The notes under the pieces: generated by a model
Seen by the model: the letters and a program-made list of their open reading frames with translations, nothing else
What the model was told of the DNA's origin: nothing
Databases searched by the model: none
Made by a program: the position numbers and the translations under genes
Part shown: positions 13,328 to 27,622 of the stretch, in pieces
Layout of the letters: each line of letters begins with the position of its first letter
Position numbering within the stretch: position 1 is the stretch's first letter
Assembly (NCBI RefSeq): GCF_902713615.1
Contig: NC_052151.1
Span: 118,516,123 to 118,580,122 of the forward strand
Origin: Scyliorhinus canicula
Lineage: Eukaryota
Length of the DNA: 64,000 bases
Direction of reading: 5' to 3'

Positions 13328-13628
13328 GGGCAGCACAGTGGTTAGCACTGTTTCTTCACAGCACCAGGGACCTGGGTTCGATTCCCAGATTGAGTCACTG
13401 TCTATGCAGAGTCTGCATGTTCTCCCTGTGTCTGTGTGGGTTTCTTCCGGGTGCTCGGTTTCCTCCCACAAGTCACGAAAGACATGCTTGTTCGGTGAAT
13501 TAGACACCCTGAATTCTCCCTCAGTGAGGCTAACAGGCGCGGAGTGTGATGACTAGGGGATTTTCACAGTAATTTCATTGCAGTGTTAATGTAAGCCTAC
13601 TCATGACACTAATAAAGATTATTTATTA
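13328..13628 (+). mobile_element. tRNA-derived SINE within L1
   Basis: Head gggcagcacagtggttagcac...gggttcgattccc; tail aataaagattatttatt. Present in units 1-3. Confidence 0.78.
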
Positions 13629-13849
13629 TGGGTTTGTTGGGGGAAGCGGGGGGTTCGTCTCTGGCCCCCTCTTTGGTCCCTTCCCGTGTCCCCTCCTGAT
13701 TTTTCCCTGGGTACCTCCCTTGCTGCTTCCCTTCCTCCCACTTGTGGGTGTGGTTGGCCGGGCCACCCTGGCACTGTTCACACTGGTCTTCCACCTCTGG
13801 GAAGAACCTGTTCATGTGGGTTCTGGTTAGGTGCGCTCTGCACCACTGA

Positions 13850-14040
13850 GGGGCTGGTTTAGCACACTGGGCTAAATAGCTGGATTTTAAAGCAGACCAG
13901 GGCAGCCCAGCAGCACGGTTCAATTCCCGTACCAGTCTACCCGAACAGGCGCCGGAATGTGGCGACTAAGGGCTTCTCACAGTAACTTCATTTGAAGCCC
14001 ACTTGTGACAATAAGCGATTTTCATTTCATTTCATTTCAT
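13850..14040 (+). mobile_element. Short tRNA-derived SINE with (tttca)n tail, in units 1 and 2 only (paralogue 28934-29124)
   Basis: ggggctggtttagcacac...ggttcaattcccg. Unit 3 has the empty site at ~54170. Confidence 0.8.
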
Positions 14041-17000
14041 TGTACTGCATGAGGCATAGCCTTGTGCAAGAGGTGGTGGAGTTCGCCCTGCTCAGTGCTT
14101 CACTCCAGAGTCCCCACCCTATGTTTGTCCCTAGTTTGTCCTCCCACGTCTGTCTTGCTTCACGTAATGGTGTTCTCACCTTCCTAACAGTTGTCCCTAA
14201 ATGTCCCCACAGTTCCCCTTCTCAATACTGTCCACGTCTAGCAGTTCCTCCAGCAATGTGTCTCTCAGGGCCAGTGGGGTACCTCGCCGTCTCCTTGCGG
14301 AAAAAGTTTTTGATTTGCAAGTGTTGGAGCTCCTGTCCGTTCGGTAGCTCCAGTCTTCCTGTCAGCTGGTCCAGGGTTGTGAGTCTGTCCCCCATGTAAA
14401 AGTCCCGAATCGCGAGTGTTCCCCCCGGCCTGTCTCCACTTCTTAACAATGGCGTCAAGCATGGCTGGTGGGAATTTGTGGTTACCGCATATGTGGGCCA
14501 TGGTGGACATCCCGGTTAAGCCGATGTGCTGTCTCATCTCGTTCCAGATTTTAACGTAGCTACCACCACTGGGCTGGATGTGTACTTTCCCAGGGTGGTT
14601 GGGCTCGGAGGGTTATTCCTGTACATGACGACTCCTCCATTTTCTCCCATTCCTCGCTCAGCTCCCTTACTCATCCCCTCACTCTCTCGGCTGTGGCTTC
14701 TCAATGGTGGTATTGCAGGTTCGGAAGGGCTCGGCCTCCCGTATTTCTTCTCTCGTGCATTTTTAAGGATTCTTGCCCACACAAATGCCATACTCATTTT
14801 GTCCATTCCTTGGAAAAAGGCCTTGGGGATGAAGATCGGTATTGATCTTCTCAATGGTAGTGAAATTTTAGAGTTAAGTTCCTGACCAGTGAGGCTCCTA
14901 ATTGAGAGAGCTAGGTTACATTTATTCTAATCTTTGCTGTGACCCTCCCTGGTAGCTTAATCTCAATCATACTATTTATTTTAACCTTTTCACTACTAGT
15001 CTTGTCCTTGGTTTTGGTATTTAATAGATTTTCAGTCCCCTTCATAATGATAAACTTGGGACAGCAAACCCTGTGGAGAAACAGGGATTCATTCTGAACT
15101 TCCACATTTAACTACGGATGTGCTGATACTGGAAGTTGTGCTATCAGCCAAGGCACTGTAGTGGTGCAAATACTGACAATTTTCACTGTTACAAATTCCA
15201 GGCCAAATGTAGATAAATATATTTAAGAAAGGTGAGGCCATTGCTTTCAATGGATGATGTACAGTTTGCATTGCTTTGCCCATCACTAATTCATACCAAC
15301 TGTGATAGATGATTAACCATTGCTAAAGCCAGTGAAAGGGGCAAGTTTCTATTCTGGTGGGCTGCTCCCCTCAGACAATTTGATGATCAAATCCTCAGCC
15401 CAGTGTGGTATCAATCTAGCCCAGAGCAGGTTCATTCGTATTCACTCCCTGGCATGGGCCCAGATAGCTGATCTCATCTCAGAAGATTTATCCAAAAACT
15501 CCGGTGTACAGAAACCACATCAAGGGCACAGTAGCATTGTGGTTAGTACTGTTGCTTCACAACACCAGGGTTCAATTCCTGCCTTGGGTCACTGTCTGGC
15601 TGGGGTCTCTGGGTTCTCCTACAGTTCAAAGATATGGAGGTTAGGTGGATTGGCCATTCTAAATTGCCCTTAATGTCCAATGTGGGGGGGGGGGGGGGGG
15701 AGAAAGATGATCAGGTGGTGGTGTGGGCTTAAGTAGGGTGCTCTTTCCAAGGTCCAGTGGCACCATGGGCTGAATGGCCTCATTCTGCACTGGATATGAC
15801 ATTTAATCCTGTCTGTCCATAGCCACTCCTGTAACTTGCCCTCCATTGAGATTTTACTTTATGAACTACTCAAGACAATATTTTCTCACTTCAACCGTGC
15901 TGGAGACTTCTGGGTTTTGTCCTATTACTTGCATCTGAACATGAAGTTCAAGAATTAAGTTTGGCATTTTTATTTGCTAATCTATTGGTTTGGTGGTGGG
16001 GTTGCCATACTGGAAAATAGTTAAAGCTATTGCATCAACAATAGAGATGCCAGTGAATTAAATATTTCAATTATCAGTCCAATCCTATTGTGTAGAAATA
16101 AGCCATTCTGCTGGTCCTACCTGCGCTGCCTATTGGAAAGAACCACCCAGATTTTCTCCTTGAAGTACATATACAGTTGCTCTTCGAAAGTTACTGATTC
16201 CACCACACTTGCAGATCATGCATTTTTGATTTTATCAACCACACACGTGAAGAAATTTCTAATTTCCCCAAAGTTCTTTAACCTCAATTTTGAATACATG
16301 AACTAGTTCTCTGTTAAGGTTCCTCTTTTCCAAGAACAATCCCCACATCCAGTCTCCTATTACGATGCTGGACCAGACCCCAACAGTGGCTAGGATACTG
16401 GACAGAAACCCCCAATATTTTGTATGACTGAGGAGAAAGGATACCTCACTCCAAGAGTGATTTCGCACAAAATAGGGTTACGGTATAATATTAAAATTTC
16501 TTTAAATCAGAGTCATTGACTTTACAGTGCAGAAGGAGGCCATTCAGCCCATCCAGGTCCTACACCAGCTCCTGAAAGAGCATCCTACCCAAGTCCACAA
16601 TCTCCACCCTTTCCTGTAACCCAGCAAATCCACCCAACTTTCAGACCCTAGAGCAATTTAGCATGACAAATCCACTGAACCTGCACGTCTTTGGACTGTG
16701 GGAGGAAACTGGAGCATCTGGAGGAATCCCATGCAGACACAGGAGAATGTGCAGACTCAAACACAGACAGCACCAAGCTGGGAATCAAACCTGGTCACAA
16801 CAACTCCCTCTTTAGGAGGCCATTGGGTCCATTGAGTCTGCACCGACCCACTTACACCCTATCCTTGTTAACCCCCAATAACCGCTCCTAACCTTGTTGG
16901 TCACCAAGGGCAATTTATCATTGCCCCGAACCTGGATGTCTTTGGACTGTGGGAGGAAACCGGAGCACACCCATGCAGACACAGAACATGCAGACCCGAG

Positions 17001-17745
17001 TGTGACCCAGCAGGGACTCGAACCTGGGACCCTGGCTCAGTTTGAGGTCAGGTGCCCTTGCTCTTAATTCCCCATGAGGGGATTATTTCTGCAGACCCAC
17101 CCTACCAAATCCTTCAATGCCTCAGATCAGCCTCAATCTTCAACACAGGAAGATTCAAACTCAGCTCTTCAGCCCCAGTCTTCACTCTGGCCAATCAGCA
17201 TCAAGCCTGCTCAGAACAAGATATCTCCTTTGATGTTTAAATGTTCAATTCCCAAACCCTGATGGGAGCTCAAAAGCAGAATAACGAGATTGGAGGGCCT
17301 TCAGCCCCAATTAAAAATCAGATTCCATCTGTATCACTTTCCTGCAAACATTTGGATAACCAAGACCTGAATGAAGTTGAGGCACCAGATCAGATCTCTG
17401 GGGATCAGCACATGTCAGTTCTTGACAGTCACACAATGTTCCCCTCGGGGGTTGGGGGAGGATTCCAGTGAATAGCCACACCAACCATACTCAACAAGGA
17501 GCTCCCCGACCTATACAGCCCCTCCCCCACACTAGAGTAGGGGGGAAACTGAAGCAGACAGAAAGTTAACAACCCCCATTAAAAACAACCCTCTCAATGA
17601 GAAGAACCATTCAAGGAGATGTGGTTCTTGGAGCTTTGAGTGCACAAACCGCAGCCATCATTTCCATTGTCTCAGACCAGTGAAATGAAGAGACCAATCA
17701 GCTTCCAGACACAAGGAATCACTGCTTTATTGAAAATGAATTTGA

Positions 17746-19445
17746 TCACTGGGTGAACAGAGTTTGATTGTGTTTCCTGCACAGGAACAAGGTGATCAAT
17801 GACGCAGAGATCAGAGAGACAGCTGTCACAGTCAGGGTCACGATCAGGACCACCTCAGACTCCACACCTACAAACCAATGAGAAGCCAATGGTTAGTGAA
17901 GGAAACACTGAGGGGCAAATGGAAACCAGCAGTCAGCCAACTCACCACCTGGAGACCTCTCCTGCATCCTTCCCTCATTCACGGAGTCCATTGCCAGGTT
18001 GGTCACATCAGTATCCAGAATGATCAGGGGTCCAAATGAGGCCTCAGCCTCCCACTTCAATCCAACTTCATTCTCTGCAATATCAAACATTCCAGTTAGA
18101 AAGGGGAAAGGGGAAACGTCCACCATCTAGAGGATCAATGTCCTACCAGCTTCAGCTACAAGATCTCTCCTTCCTCTGGATCCAAATCGCAGCTCCCTTG
18201 TGGCACAGTTACCCACACGGCAACAGGCACAAATGTCAATGCTCGATTCCTCCAATGGGGTCCAGCTAAGCAAGACAAATATCAGTCAACCAACTGGGGT
18301 GTGCATCACTTCTCCACAAAAGCCCAGAGAGAGAGAGAGCTTACATATTCTGCATCTTCTGCAAAGTACAAGCTTTGTTCCTGGAATCTCTCCGATTCAC
18401 TGGAGCTACTTTCAAGTGACAGGTGATGAAAATCTGAGGGAAACATCAACACGTTGTTATTTAATGACTCCCTCCCAACACGAGACCCCAATGATCAGTT
18501 TCGTCTTACCAAGGGACGGTCATCGCCAAAGAAACGGAATGCATCCAGGTCAAACCGGAGCTTGTCCGTCTCCCGCTCGCCACTTGGCAACACAAAGGTT
18601 GAAAAGGAGTCCTCAGCTTGGCTGTCCAGGAGGCAACTGAAGATAGATTAAAAGGGACATGAAGTGAATCAAGTGAAGCCAGTGAGATGGGAGCAGCTGG
18701 AGAAAGCAGAGAGCTCCTTACCCATTGTAGTCAATAATGCTGTATCTCGGGGTAGAATCCTTGTCTGGGCTCAATGTAGCTACACAGCGGTCAATGTAGA
18801 GCTTCAGGGGCATGTGGTTGCTCATTGAAACAGAGGCCTCAATGTGAATGAGGTCACCCAGGTAGTAGACAGTGGAAGTGCGCTCTGTAAGCCAGTCACC
18901 TGAAGAACAAGAGGACAAGGGTTGGAGACAGTGGGTGTCACTCCCAGTGAGTGAAGACAGGAAATCACTCCCCATCACATACCATTCATTAGGCGCAGAG
19001 AGAATGAAAGATGTCCTTCTCCAGACCTGGTGGAGCTGAATGGGATCCAGGTAGGCCTGATGGGGTTACTGCTCACATTGCCCTTCCTGGAAAGACAGCA
19101 GAGTCATTTTAGGACAACTTCAGAGAACATCAGCAGCTGTGGATCTTATTGGGCATCCAATAAAGATTCTCACCTAAAATAACGACACTCGATGGGAACG
19201 ACAGCTCCATTTGTTCTCACAATGACAGATCCATGATACTCTGGGCTGTGGGTCAGGTGGGTGGTGTAGATCAGGAAATCTCCAGACATCTGAAAGACAC
19301 CAGGTTAAGGAATGAAGAACTGATCTGAAATGAGAATGTTCTACACAGGGGTTAGCAATGAACTCATCCCATTCAATTAAAACAATTCAAGGAGATTGGC
19401 AGGGTCAGTGCAAAGAGGCTGCTGAGCCCCAGCTGGAGAGTTGAT

Positions 19446-19485
<40 letters not shown>

Positions 19486-20734
19486 GAAGAGAGAGAAAGA
19501 GAGAGGAGGGTCCTCAAGTCAGGGGCCAATGATTTAGGATAATCATGACAATGAATTTCTTCATTTAACAGCTCATGAATCTCAAGAATTCTCTATCCCA
19601 GAGAACTGGGAATGCTCAGTCAGAGGATATTCAGGACAGTGGATTTATTTTTGGACATTAAGGGAATCATGTTGAGGACAGGGATGTGAGAAGTTCAGTC
19701 CTGATCTTAATGAATGGGGAACAGGCTGAAGGGGCTGCATGGCCTCATGTTATTATGTTGCTCAGCAACCCCCAGCCATGTATACAAAGAGATTAGCATG
19801 AAGACCAGGATCAATTAACAGGGAACTGATTCAATAAAGAGGACAGCTTCAGTTAACAGGAAAAGGAACCACAAGTTGACAATATGGAGCCTGGAAATAG
19901 AACAGTTTTAATCCAGGGTCCCATTGATTCCAATGACTAGGAAAGTGGGAAGTGTGGAGTTCCTGTTTGGTCCAATCCATCTGAATTCCCATTTCATCCT
20001 GTTCATTAACACCCAATCCAATTGGATTAAACTGGACTGAAATTTAACCCCATTTCAATTGATGTGAATGAGCAGGAAAGAGCTGAAATCAACAAGAGGA
20101 AAAGCTCAGAGGAACCAAAGAGAAGCTTCCAGACCAAGGGGGTTGATGTCACAAGGTTGAAGAGACTCAGACTAGTGGAAGCAAAGTACAACCCAGAACA
20201 GGAAGCTAGTTTTGGGGGGTTTAGGAATTAGGAGACCAGTATCTCCTCAATATCAATGCCATCTCACCAAGTGTTGGAGTAAGAGTGGAGAACAATCTCC
20301 AGCCTAAGCTTAGAGCCAGAGTTGAGGATTGACATTACCTGCAATTTGCTGCCACACTCATGGAGCCCATAGTCAAAGAGGACAGTGTGGTTCTGAGAGT
20401 AGATCCTGGTTGGCAGACAGCCTGCTGCCCCCAGGGTCAGGTCAGCAGCTTTAACCAGGTGCCTGGTTCCAAATAAATCCAGCTGGACCCTGACCAGCAG
20501 CTTGTCCTCTGCACACTGCACCACCACAGTCTGCAGTGGAGACACACTTTGACCCTCAGACACACGGAAATGGGAACCAAAGGGAGGAAGAGGGACTCTC
20601 TGAGGCACAGAGGTGGCTTTGACTCTGCTCCATGGAAACCTCTGGCCCAGAAACTGTTGCCAAGTATCAGAGGAACAAACAGCTCCAACTAACACCAGCA
20701 CTGGGAACAAAGCCCTCACTCCAAAATCCCCCAT
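17746..20734 (-). CDS. zp3: ZP3-like copy 2, intact, 9 exons, 459 aa
   Basis: Exons 20734-20339, 19289-19174, 19086-18983, 18899-18722, 18636-18510, 18433-18345, 18265-18147, 18074-17946, 17867-17746. Exon lengths match copy 1 except that the TGA stop is 3 codons earlier. Confidence 0.92.
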
Positions 20735-20778
20735 GATACCAAACAACTGAACCATCCTGTCCACCAGGGAGCAGCACC

Positions 20779-20822
20779 TTTTATACTCACAACCTGTACT
20801 CACCTGAACTCTTTTGAGGTCA
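20779..20822 (-). promoter_or_regulatory. ZP3 copy 2 core promoter
   Basis: TATAAAA 20785-20779, E-box 20806-20801; same layout as copy 1. Confidence 0.65.
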
Positions 20823-22079
20823 ATCAGCTAATTATACTAAAAGAAACAAACTCAGGGACAAATTAAAAGGGGCCGCTCCTGATAGGGGCACTGTCCAAAT
20901 AATAATAATAATCTTTCGTATTGTCACAAGTTGGCTTACGCTAACCTATTTAATGTAAGTTAATGAAGTCACTGTGAAAAGCCCTGAGACGCCAGAGCCC
21001 GGCACCTGTTTGGGTACACGGAGGGGGAATACAGAATGTCCAAATTACCTAACCACACATCTTTCAGGACATATGCGGGTAACCGGAGCACCCGGAGGAA
21101 ACCCTCGCTGACATGGTGAGAACGTGCTGCTTCTGCACAGACAGTGACCTGCCGGGAATCGAACCTGGGACCCTGGTGCTGTGAAGCCACAGTGCTAACC
21201 ACTGTGCAACCGTGCTCTCCCTAATAGTTCACAAGTAGGCTGACATTATCACTGCAATGAAGTTTCTGTGAAAATCCCCTAGTTGCCACATTCCAGCGCC
21301 TGTTTGGGTACACTGAGGGAAAATTCAGAATGTCCAAATCGCGTAACAAACACATTTTGCAGGATTTGTGGGTGGAAACCGGAGCACCCGGAGGAAACCC
21401 GTGCAGACACTGGGAGAACATGCAGACCCCACACAGACTGTGACGCAAGCCGGGAATCGAACCCAGGACCCTGGCACTGTGAAGCAGTAGGGCTAACCAC
21501 TGTGCTATCGTACTACCTAGGCCCAACCATTTTCAGCAGTTTCGTCAATCGCCTCCCTTCCATCATAAGGTCAGAAGTAGAGATGTGTGTTGGTGATTGC
21601 ACAATGTTCAACATCATCTGTGACTCCTCAGATACTGAAACAGTCCATGTCCAAATGCAACAAGACCTGGAAAATATCCAGGCTTGGAATGACAAATGGC
21701 AAGTAACATTCATGCCACACAAAGGCCAGACAGTGACCATCCCCTATAAGAGAGATTCTAACCATTGCCCCATGACATTCAATGGCACCACCATCTACAA
21801 GGCACAAGTTGAGAATGTGATGGAATACTTTCCACTTACCTGGATGTTTGCAGCTCCAACGACAGTCAAGAAACCTGACATCATCCAGGACAAAGCAGCC
21901 TGCATGATTGGCACCCCTTCCACAAATATTCACTCCTTCCACCACCGATGCACAGTAACAGTTGTGTGTACCATCGACAAGATGAACTGCAGGAACTCAC
22001 CATGGCATCTTAGATTGCAGCTTCCAAACCCAAGACCATAACCATCTAAAAGGACAAGGGCAGCAGTCACCTGGGAAAT

Positions 22080-24574
22080 TGATGTGTTGGGTAGGCTGGG
22101 TCTATGTGGACTGCGTTTGATGCAGTGGAGCAAGAGACAGACTTGATGAGATGCAACATGATTTTATTTAACATCTAACTATTTTACATGTTCAACTTTG
22201 GGTTGACACTATGCTGACTTGATTGGAGATCTGAGGCTAGCCTGACCAGACTAACTGATTACCACATGGTGTTTGTTCTAGCTGCTGCTCACGAGCTCTG
22301 ACTGTCTCAGAGGCTGGATCCCGAGAGAGCGGGAAAACTGGTGCCCTCTGGCTTTATAGTGGTCGTGTCCTGTCTGGTGAGTGGCTGCTGTGTTCTATGT
22401 GCTTACTGGTCATCCTGTGTGTCAATCACTGCCTATCTGCACTCCATGATATACATGGATGCATATTCTGACATCTCCCCTCTTTTTTTAAAAAGTGTGT
22501 GTTCAGATAATGAATAGTAAGGTTTATGTGCATGAAGATGTGTATATGTATGTGACTGTATACAGAAAATGCTAAAATGGACTTATATACATAGGAAGTT
22601 GTCGCTAGTGCAGATATAGGGCAGATGAAATGGTCAAAATGTGATATTTACAGATGTCAAAACGATGAGGTAACAAAGTTGTGCAAACATTCAGTCTATA
22701 AGTTTAGTCTCTGTGGCGGGCGACGAATTCTGGTTGATCGCCTCAAGGGTGGATCAGGGGCCGCCTGCACTTGGATGGGTGGGACTGCCACCAATGGGGT
22801 GGTCGCAGAGGTAGGTAGGATTGCTGGGAGATCGGTGGCCTCGTGGCAGGGCCTGTCCAGAGGAAGCAGTGTGTGAGGTGGGACATCACGGTCGGGTGGT
22901 GGACGTGGAAGTCTGCACAGCGCCCACCTGTTGCGTCGTAGGAAGGAGCCATCGGCCATACGAACGAGAAACGATCTCAGGGCCACTTGCTTGACCACCA
23001 CAGCTGTGGTGGACCAGCCCCCGTCAGGCAGCTGTACACGAACCCGATCAGTTGGGACCAGCTCGGGGAGATCCGTGGCATGAGCATCGTATGCTGATTT
23101 CTGTTGGGCCCGAGACTGCTGCATCTTCTGTATGACCGGGAAGTTGTCAAGGTCTGGAATGTGGATGGCTGGAACCGTTGTTCGCAGAGTGCGGTTCATG
23201 AGCATCTGCACTGGAGACAACCCAGTGGACAGCGGGGTCGCCCTGTGTGCCAACAGTGCCAGGTTGAAGTTGGAGCCTGTGTCTGCAGCCTTACATAGTA
23301 GTCTTTTGACGATGTGTACCCCTTTTTCGGCCTTCCCGTTTGACTGTGGGTAGTGGGGGCTGGATGTGACATGACGGAAGTTGTATAGCTGGGCAAAATC
23401 AGACCACTCCTGGCTGTAAAAACAGGGGCTGTTGTCATTCATCACCGTGAGTGGTATACCATGTCTGGCAAATGTTTCTTTGAATGCCTTAATCACCGCC
23501 GCCAACGTGAGGTCAGATACTCTCACCACTTCGGGGTAATTGGAAAAGTAGTCGACCAGGAGGACATAGTCATGCCCCTGGCGTGGAAAAGGTCGACACC
23601 GACTTTGGACCATGGGGAGGTCACTATCTCATGTTGCAGCAGAGTTTCTTAAGGTTGACCTGGCGGATGTTTTTGACATGTAGGGCAGTTGAGGACTGTG
23701 TTGGCAACGTCCTAGCTGTTGCCCGGCCAGTAGACTGCCTCCCGAGCTCTACATTGACATTTCTCGACCCCCAAGTGACCCTCGTGGATTTGGCCGAGCA
23801 CCATAGCTCGCATGCTCTGCGGGATCACGATTCTGTCAAGCTTCATGAAGATGCTGTCTACCACCGTCAGATCGGCCTTGACGTTGTAAAACTGGGGACA
23901 CTGACCCTTCTGCCAGCCATTCGTGAGGTGCTGCATCACCCGCTGGAGCAGAGGATCCCCGGCCGTTTCCTCACGAATTTGAATGGCTCTCTCATCAGAG
24001 GCCGGAAAGTTGGAGGCAGAGAATTGCACCTGTGCGTCGAATTGACAAACGATGTCAGTTTGCTCACACGGTGTGGTGATAGACCTGGAAAGGGCAACTG
24101 CAACGATGAGTTCTTTGCCTGGGGTGCAGACCAGTTCAAAATCATAGCGGCGTAGCTTGAGAAGGATGCGTTGTAACCGTGGCGTCATGTCATTGAGGTC
24201 TTTTCGGATGATGTGGACCAATGGCCCGTGGTCCGTCTCAACCATGAATTTGGGGAGGCCATACACATAATCGTGGAACTTGTCGATTCCTGTTAGGAGG
24301 CTCAAGCATTCCTTCTCAATCTGAGCGTACCGTTGCTCAGTGGGCATCATGGCTCTGGAGGCATACGCCATTGGGGCCCAGGAGGAGGAGTCATCCCATT
24401 GGAGGAGCACTGCACCAATGCCGTCCTGGCTCGCGTCAGTGGATATTTCTGTGTCCTTGGCGGGGTCGAAAAACGCCAGCACTGGGACTTTGGTGAGTTT
24501 TGCCCTCAGCTCACGCCATTCTTTCTCATGAGCGGGCAGCCACTGAAATTCTGTCGACTTTCTGACGAGATGGC
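22080..24574 (-). mobile_element. Element A, 5'-deleted copy (3' LTR 22080-22473)
   Basis: ORFs 23712-24608 and 22696-23613. Same deletion junction as unit 1, plus a 1-bp integrase deletion near 23578. Confidence 0.92.
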
Positions 24575-26981
24575 ACATCACCACCTGGAAGTTCCCCCTC
24601 CAAGTCACTCACCGTTCTGACTTGGAAAGATATCGTCCCGTCACTGTGGCTGGGTCAAAATCCTGGAACTCCCTCCCTAATAGTACAGTGGGTTTACCTA
24701 ATCCTTATGGGCTGCAGCAGTGCAAGAAGACAGGTTGCCACTATCCTTACAAGGACAATTAGGGATGGCAATAATTGCTGGCTTGCGATGCCCACATCCT
24801 GTGAACTAATTATTTAAAAATTGTTTATTTTGGTTTTTGGTTCCCCCACAGGGATTGTAACAATGGACAACCAGGAGTTCCCTGCACACCAGTGTTGTTT
24901 GTGAAGTCATTGATGAAAACTTGGACTGAAACTGCAAATTAATGAATTCATCTCTACTCTGTGGGGTGCCCTTTACTGTACATGTATGAACTTTTCACTA
25001 TCCTACACTTGCCATCCAGTGTTTTGTGCTGTTTGATCATGGCTACTGGTGAATATGCTGGTCTGATTTTACTCGGGCAAAGATGTCCCTGTAGATGATG
25101 CCAGAATGGAGCTGACTTTGTGATAAGTGACATCGACGTGCAACATTATTTCTATGTTCAATTCCCATTCTGGCTCTTTTCCCAGTCTCCAATGCTCTTC
25201 CAATGAAGCCCCAAAGAAACCTGAGAATAGCGCCCCGTGAGCATTTACCATCTGGACTCAATAAGGAGTTCAATGTTTTGAGATCGGAATTATTGCTCCT
25301 TTTTTGGACAGCAGGAGCTGGTAATAATAGCGCTGTTGCAATTTACAGCTCCTCTCGACCCATCTTTTGTTTCTTATCCAATTCCTGTCCCCTTTCAACT
25401 TGTATCATTGACCCTTTTCTCATTTTAGTCACTTCTGCCTTCTAACCTATCACAGACTTTTGTTCTGTTCTCCCCTCCTCTCCCCAGCACCTTAAAACTT
25501 GTTATATTCCTAAAGTCTTCCAATTCCCAACAAAAGGTTACCAACCTGAAACATTGACTCCGGGAGCAATTCTCCCAAAACATTTGATCGCAATCTACCT
25601 ACAATTAGAATTTTGTTTGGAGGTTGGGGTGAGCTGCAGCCTGATTGGGGGGGGGGGGGCGCAGAGCTGAAGACGGCGGCAGGTCCGTCTCCTCCAAGAT
25701 CGGGGCACAATTCTTTAAGGAAGATTTGATCTCAGGCAAATGCTCAGCCCCCCACCTCGCCCCATTGCCAGTACCAGCATCCCCCACGTGAGCGACAGCT
25801 CGCTATCCGGCTGGCCAACTGCACCACCTGCGTGGTCATCACTCTGATCTCCATCACTCTGGCTTCACACTGCGCCGGCGGGTGGGAGAATTCCAGGAAC
25901 CAGGAGAATCCGGCTGAAAACAGAATCTGTATATTTAAATAAGGGTGTTGGGCACGAACCTGGGGCGGGATTCTCCCCTACCCGACGGGGCAGGCGGTCC
26001 CGGCGCCGAGGAGTGGCGTGAACTACTCCGGCGAAGGGCCGCCCGGAGGGTGCAGAATCCTCCGCCAGCCCGCGCGAGTTGGCGTATGCGCGGGGGCGCC
26101 AGTGTTTGCTGGCATCTTCTCAGTGCATGCGCAGGGGGGTTCTTTTCCGTACCGGCCATGGCGGAGGTTGACAGCGGCTCGTGCGGAGGGAAAGAATGCC
26201 CCCACGGCACAGGCCCGCTTGCGGATCTGTGGGCCCCGATCGCAGACCAGGCCACCGAGGGGGCACCCCCCCCCCCCGAGGACTACAGAGGCCGCCAGCA
26301 GAGCCAGGTCCCGCCGGTAAGTACCAGGTCTAATGTACGCCGGCGGGACCGGCCTACAACAGGCAGCTGCACGGCCCATCGCAGGCCGGAGAATCGACCA
26401 GGGGGCTGCTGCGAGCGGCCATCGACCGGCGTAGCACGTTGCCCGCCCCCACCAAAACCCCGGCGCCGGACAATTCAGCAGCCGGCGGTGGCGGGATGCA
26501 CGCTGACCACCGGCTATTCACCAGCCCCATGGGGTCGGAGAATCCCACCCCTGATCACAGCAGCTGGAGAGCTCAAGGAGCATCGGAAATTGTTTGACAC
26601 CCGGCGCAAATCCTTTTTCAGGCCTCTCCCGGGATTTTCCCAAGTTCGCAGAATTTGCGCTGGGAGCAATGCGGCTGGTGAATCGCCCCGATGTTTCTCT
26701 ACCTGTGCTGCCCAAATATTTCCAGAAGTTTCTGTTCATGTTGTACATTTAATAACTGAACTTGTTCAACATTGCTGATTTAACTAAATACAAATAACAG
26801 ACTGATGCTTGAGCAAGATTTCTTTACATGTGCCAGGCATAGGTTGCTGTAAGCACATTGAATCTTGTGGAAGTTATAATTTGCCTTCTGGAATCTTTTC
26901 ACTTCATGGTCATGCAGAAACTTAAACAGCATTTTGTCTCCAGCACAAGTATGTTTAATGTCGTATGTTCATGTTTTTCAG

Positions 26982-27622
26982 AACGATGCCTGTTTAGTGC
27001 CTGTTGATGACCAAAAGGCCACCAGTGCCACAGAGGAAATAAATACCGTGACTAGTTCTATTACGGTGCAGGAGTACTTTGCCAACAGCATGGCTCAACT
27101 GAAAAAATCAAAAACAGGGCATGAGAGCGATCGAAGCAGTGCTGTTCAGGAACTCGAAGGAGATGATTTGAATTCATTCAAAGAAGTACAAATTAAATCC
27201 CAAAAAAGAAGTAAAAATGCTGCAGAGGAGATTCTGAGGGGATTTGTAACTTCAACCAACTGTCTCTCCCCACAAAGCAAGTCGAGAGTGAAGGTGATGG
27301 AGAACTAAATAGTGGTCTGATAGAAGACAGCCCAGTTGAGGAAAATTACCAGACTAAAAGAAGCTCCAGAGAAAGCAGAGCGAAACCTTCGGTGTCACTC
27401 ATCCAGAATATTTGTCTTTTAGAAGTTGAGTCGGAAGAGGTTCAGGTTGAACAGTACTCAGCAGTAAATGAGTCATCGGAGAAGCAAAATGAGCAGGATT
27501 GGGATGAGGATAAGGAGAAACGAAAGAAGACTAAGAAGAAAGCAACAGCCACAGGTGAAGATGAGGTTTCTCAATCCTGTCATTCAATAGAAAGGAGGAG
27601 GAAAAGGAAAGAAAAGAAATAG
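26982..27622 (+). pseudogene. pinx1: PINX1-like terminal exon (unit 2)
   Basis: Near-identical to the unit 1 copy. Confidence 0.7.

Larger units (their letters stand above)
13077..14858 (-). mobile_element. L1-clade LINE 3' fragment with SINE insertions (paralogue ~28160-29942)
   Basis: ORF2 C-terminal peptides IPIFIPKAFF, HRAHLT...CEQCQGGPANHTH (zinc-knuckle region). AATAAA and an A-rich end lie near 13080 on the minus strand. Confidence 0.78.
1..15055. repeat. Tandem segmental unit 1
   Basis: The sequence at position 1 (tgggacagcaaaccctgtgg) recurs at 15057, 30141 and, diverged, 55231. The gene and TE order is collinear. The unit boundary is set arbitrarily at the window start. Confidence 0.95.

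Noticed and set aside
13328-13400. tRNA-like A/B boxes as tRNA genes
   Set aside because: They are SINE heads followed by SINE bodies; no complete cloverleaf is evident.
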